From Selaginella moellendorffii (taxonomy: Eukaryota; Plantae; Lycopodiophyta), in the NCBI RefSeq assembly GCF_000143415.4, contig NW_003314599.1:1-10115 (forward strand): DNA of 10,115 nt, in the 5' to 3' direction. A model generated the notes under the pieces. It saw only the letters and a program-made list of their open reading frames with translations. It was not told where the DNA came from and searched no databases. Numbering within the stretch: position 1 is the first letter of the stretch; each line of letters starts with the position of its first letter. Made by a program: the position numbers and the translations under genes. This document shows positions 8,515-10,115 of the stretch, one piece after another.

Positions 8515-10115
8515 AAAATTGCTTGCCTGGAAGCTTGTCGAAAGCTACACACTACTGGGCTTCTATCAGATAAATTGCATCCAGTTCCTGCTACTAGGAT
8601 CTCCAATACTGCCTCAATGACTTCAGGTGTGTTGAATCCACTAACGTTTTCTTGAAGTAATCACGTTATATTAGATGGATATGTACGAGACCATCATACC
8701 TGATGTTTTCCAAGGACTGGTTTCTGAAAATCTGACCTTCCACACCTACGTACTTTCTTTTAGCGCCAGTGACGACAGGTTCTCCTATCGTAACCTTGCG
8801 CTGTTCTTGCCATCAAAGTTGGATGCCTCCCTCAAAAATGGAAGCTTCGAACTGGATTTGGGACGTGGAAGAAATGCTGTGGTTCGGCTTGGCTCGATGC
8901 AAAATATCAGCTTAGACAGTGATAAGGTAAGGATTTTGTCGCTTTTGTGGATAATGTTTTGACTTATGCTCTGCTTTTCAAGGTTGCTGCCGGAAATCAG
9001 TTCTACGAGAAACTTTTTTCTACTTTATGGCGACGACGGCTACCTCCAATCCATCTCCAGCCATACTTACTTCTGCCACTGCTTCCTGGCAAGATAAATG
9101 TTTTGGATGTGGACTGGAAATGCGTTCAGTCTCTCACACCTCCATCAATAGTCTCAGACAACGATGACGAAAGTGTTCTACATTTTGCAAATTATTCATT
9201 GCGAGCTACAGATATCAAAGCAGGACTGATTCTTACAAAGCACACCAGGAAACCGTTATTTTATTCTCATCTGGGTGTTCTTGAAGAAATGACGGCGCAG
9301 AGCTCGTTTTTCAATCGCAACTATAATACGTATTCCGACTACTTTCTGGAAGTGTAAGACTTGTTAGTTTCTTCTTCGCTCTGATTGGAACACGCGACTT
9401 ACAGACATAATGTCAAACTGCAATATCCAGCCCAACCACTTCTAAAAGTGAGCAACTTGCCTGGCAATGTGCACAACTATTTACTGCCCCGTTCAACAGA
9501 CTTGTCAAGCGCGTCGAATGGCATATCGACTAACAAGCTGCCACCCGAACTTTGCATTCTCTTACAACCAGAAGTTGACTGCTCCATTGTGGTGTCTGTG
9601 ATGGTCCTGCCTTCAGTCATCTACCGGCTACAATGTCTAAGTACTGCTGCGCAGCTGACGAAACTCGTGGGCATCCACATATCTACAACCACGGTAAAAA
9701 GTTCGTTTTATTATTTTCATTGTTTGTTTGTTTGTTTGTTTGTTTTTCTTTTTTCCCTGCAGATGTTGATGGCACTGACTTCTGCAAGCTGTAATGAAGG
9801 CTTTTCTCTCGAGAGACTCGAGCTTTTAGGCGATGCATTCCTCAAATTTGCACTGAGCTTGCACTTGGTCTCTGAATATCCGGAACAACAAGAAGGCTTT
9901 CTTAGTCAAAATCGTCAAGAGCAGATCTCTAACAGCAATTTGCACAGGCTTGGTGTACAAACAGGATTGGTGGTAAGCATGCAATAATATGTTTCTAGTC
10001 TCTTAAACAGAACTTACAGACGTACATCAGAGACGGGCAGTTTGAGCCAAAGGATTGGATTGCACCGGTCCCTTGCTCTTCTTTGGTCAGTCACGCAAAA
10101 ATTATAGACGGTACC
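8515..10115 (+). CDS. DCL: Dicer-like copy C: end of DUF283, platform, PAZ and start of RNase IIIa; apparently 5'-truncated and runs off the window; may be a pseudogene. Exons ~8515-8626/8628, 8675-8926, 8983-9353, 9405-9693, 9763-9972, 10020->10115
   Basis: KIACLEACRKLHTTGLLSDKLHP (DUF283 C-terminal helix); MDMYETIIPDVF..FELDLGRGRNAVVRL..FYEKLFSTL..YLLLPL (platform); PAZ almost identical to A; SLERLELLGDAFLKF. The frame is open from ATG 8675 to the window end after splicing 8927-8982, 9354-9404, 9694-9762 and 9973-10019. Confidence 0.85.

Overview
Eukaryotic land-plant DNA. The very short GT-AG introns (47-69 bp) suggest a compact genome such as the lycophyte Selaginella (inference). The window is a rearranged Dicer-like (DCL) cluster with three related copies. 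Copy A (+, <1-2811) is the intact 3' part of a DCL2/DCL4-like gene: PAZ, RNase IIIa, RNase IIIb and two dsRBDs across 9 exons. Copy B (-, ~4182-5272, spanning an N gap) is an inverted, CpG-decayed, frameshifted pseudogene. Copy C (+, ~8515->10115) is a direct tandem copy 9057 bp downstream of A; it starts at the end of the DUF283 domain, has no recognisable helicase exons upstream, and is preceded by unrelated gene-like fragments. A degenerate LTR-retrotransposon gag with a CCHC knuckle lies between B and C. The main hypotheses are a Dicer locus that carries an inverted repeat of itself (possible self-targeting hairpin siRNA source) and a helicase-less 'minimal Dicer' paralog.
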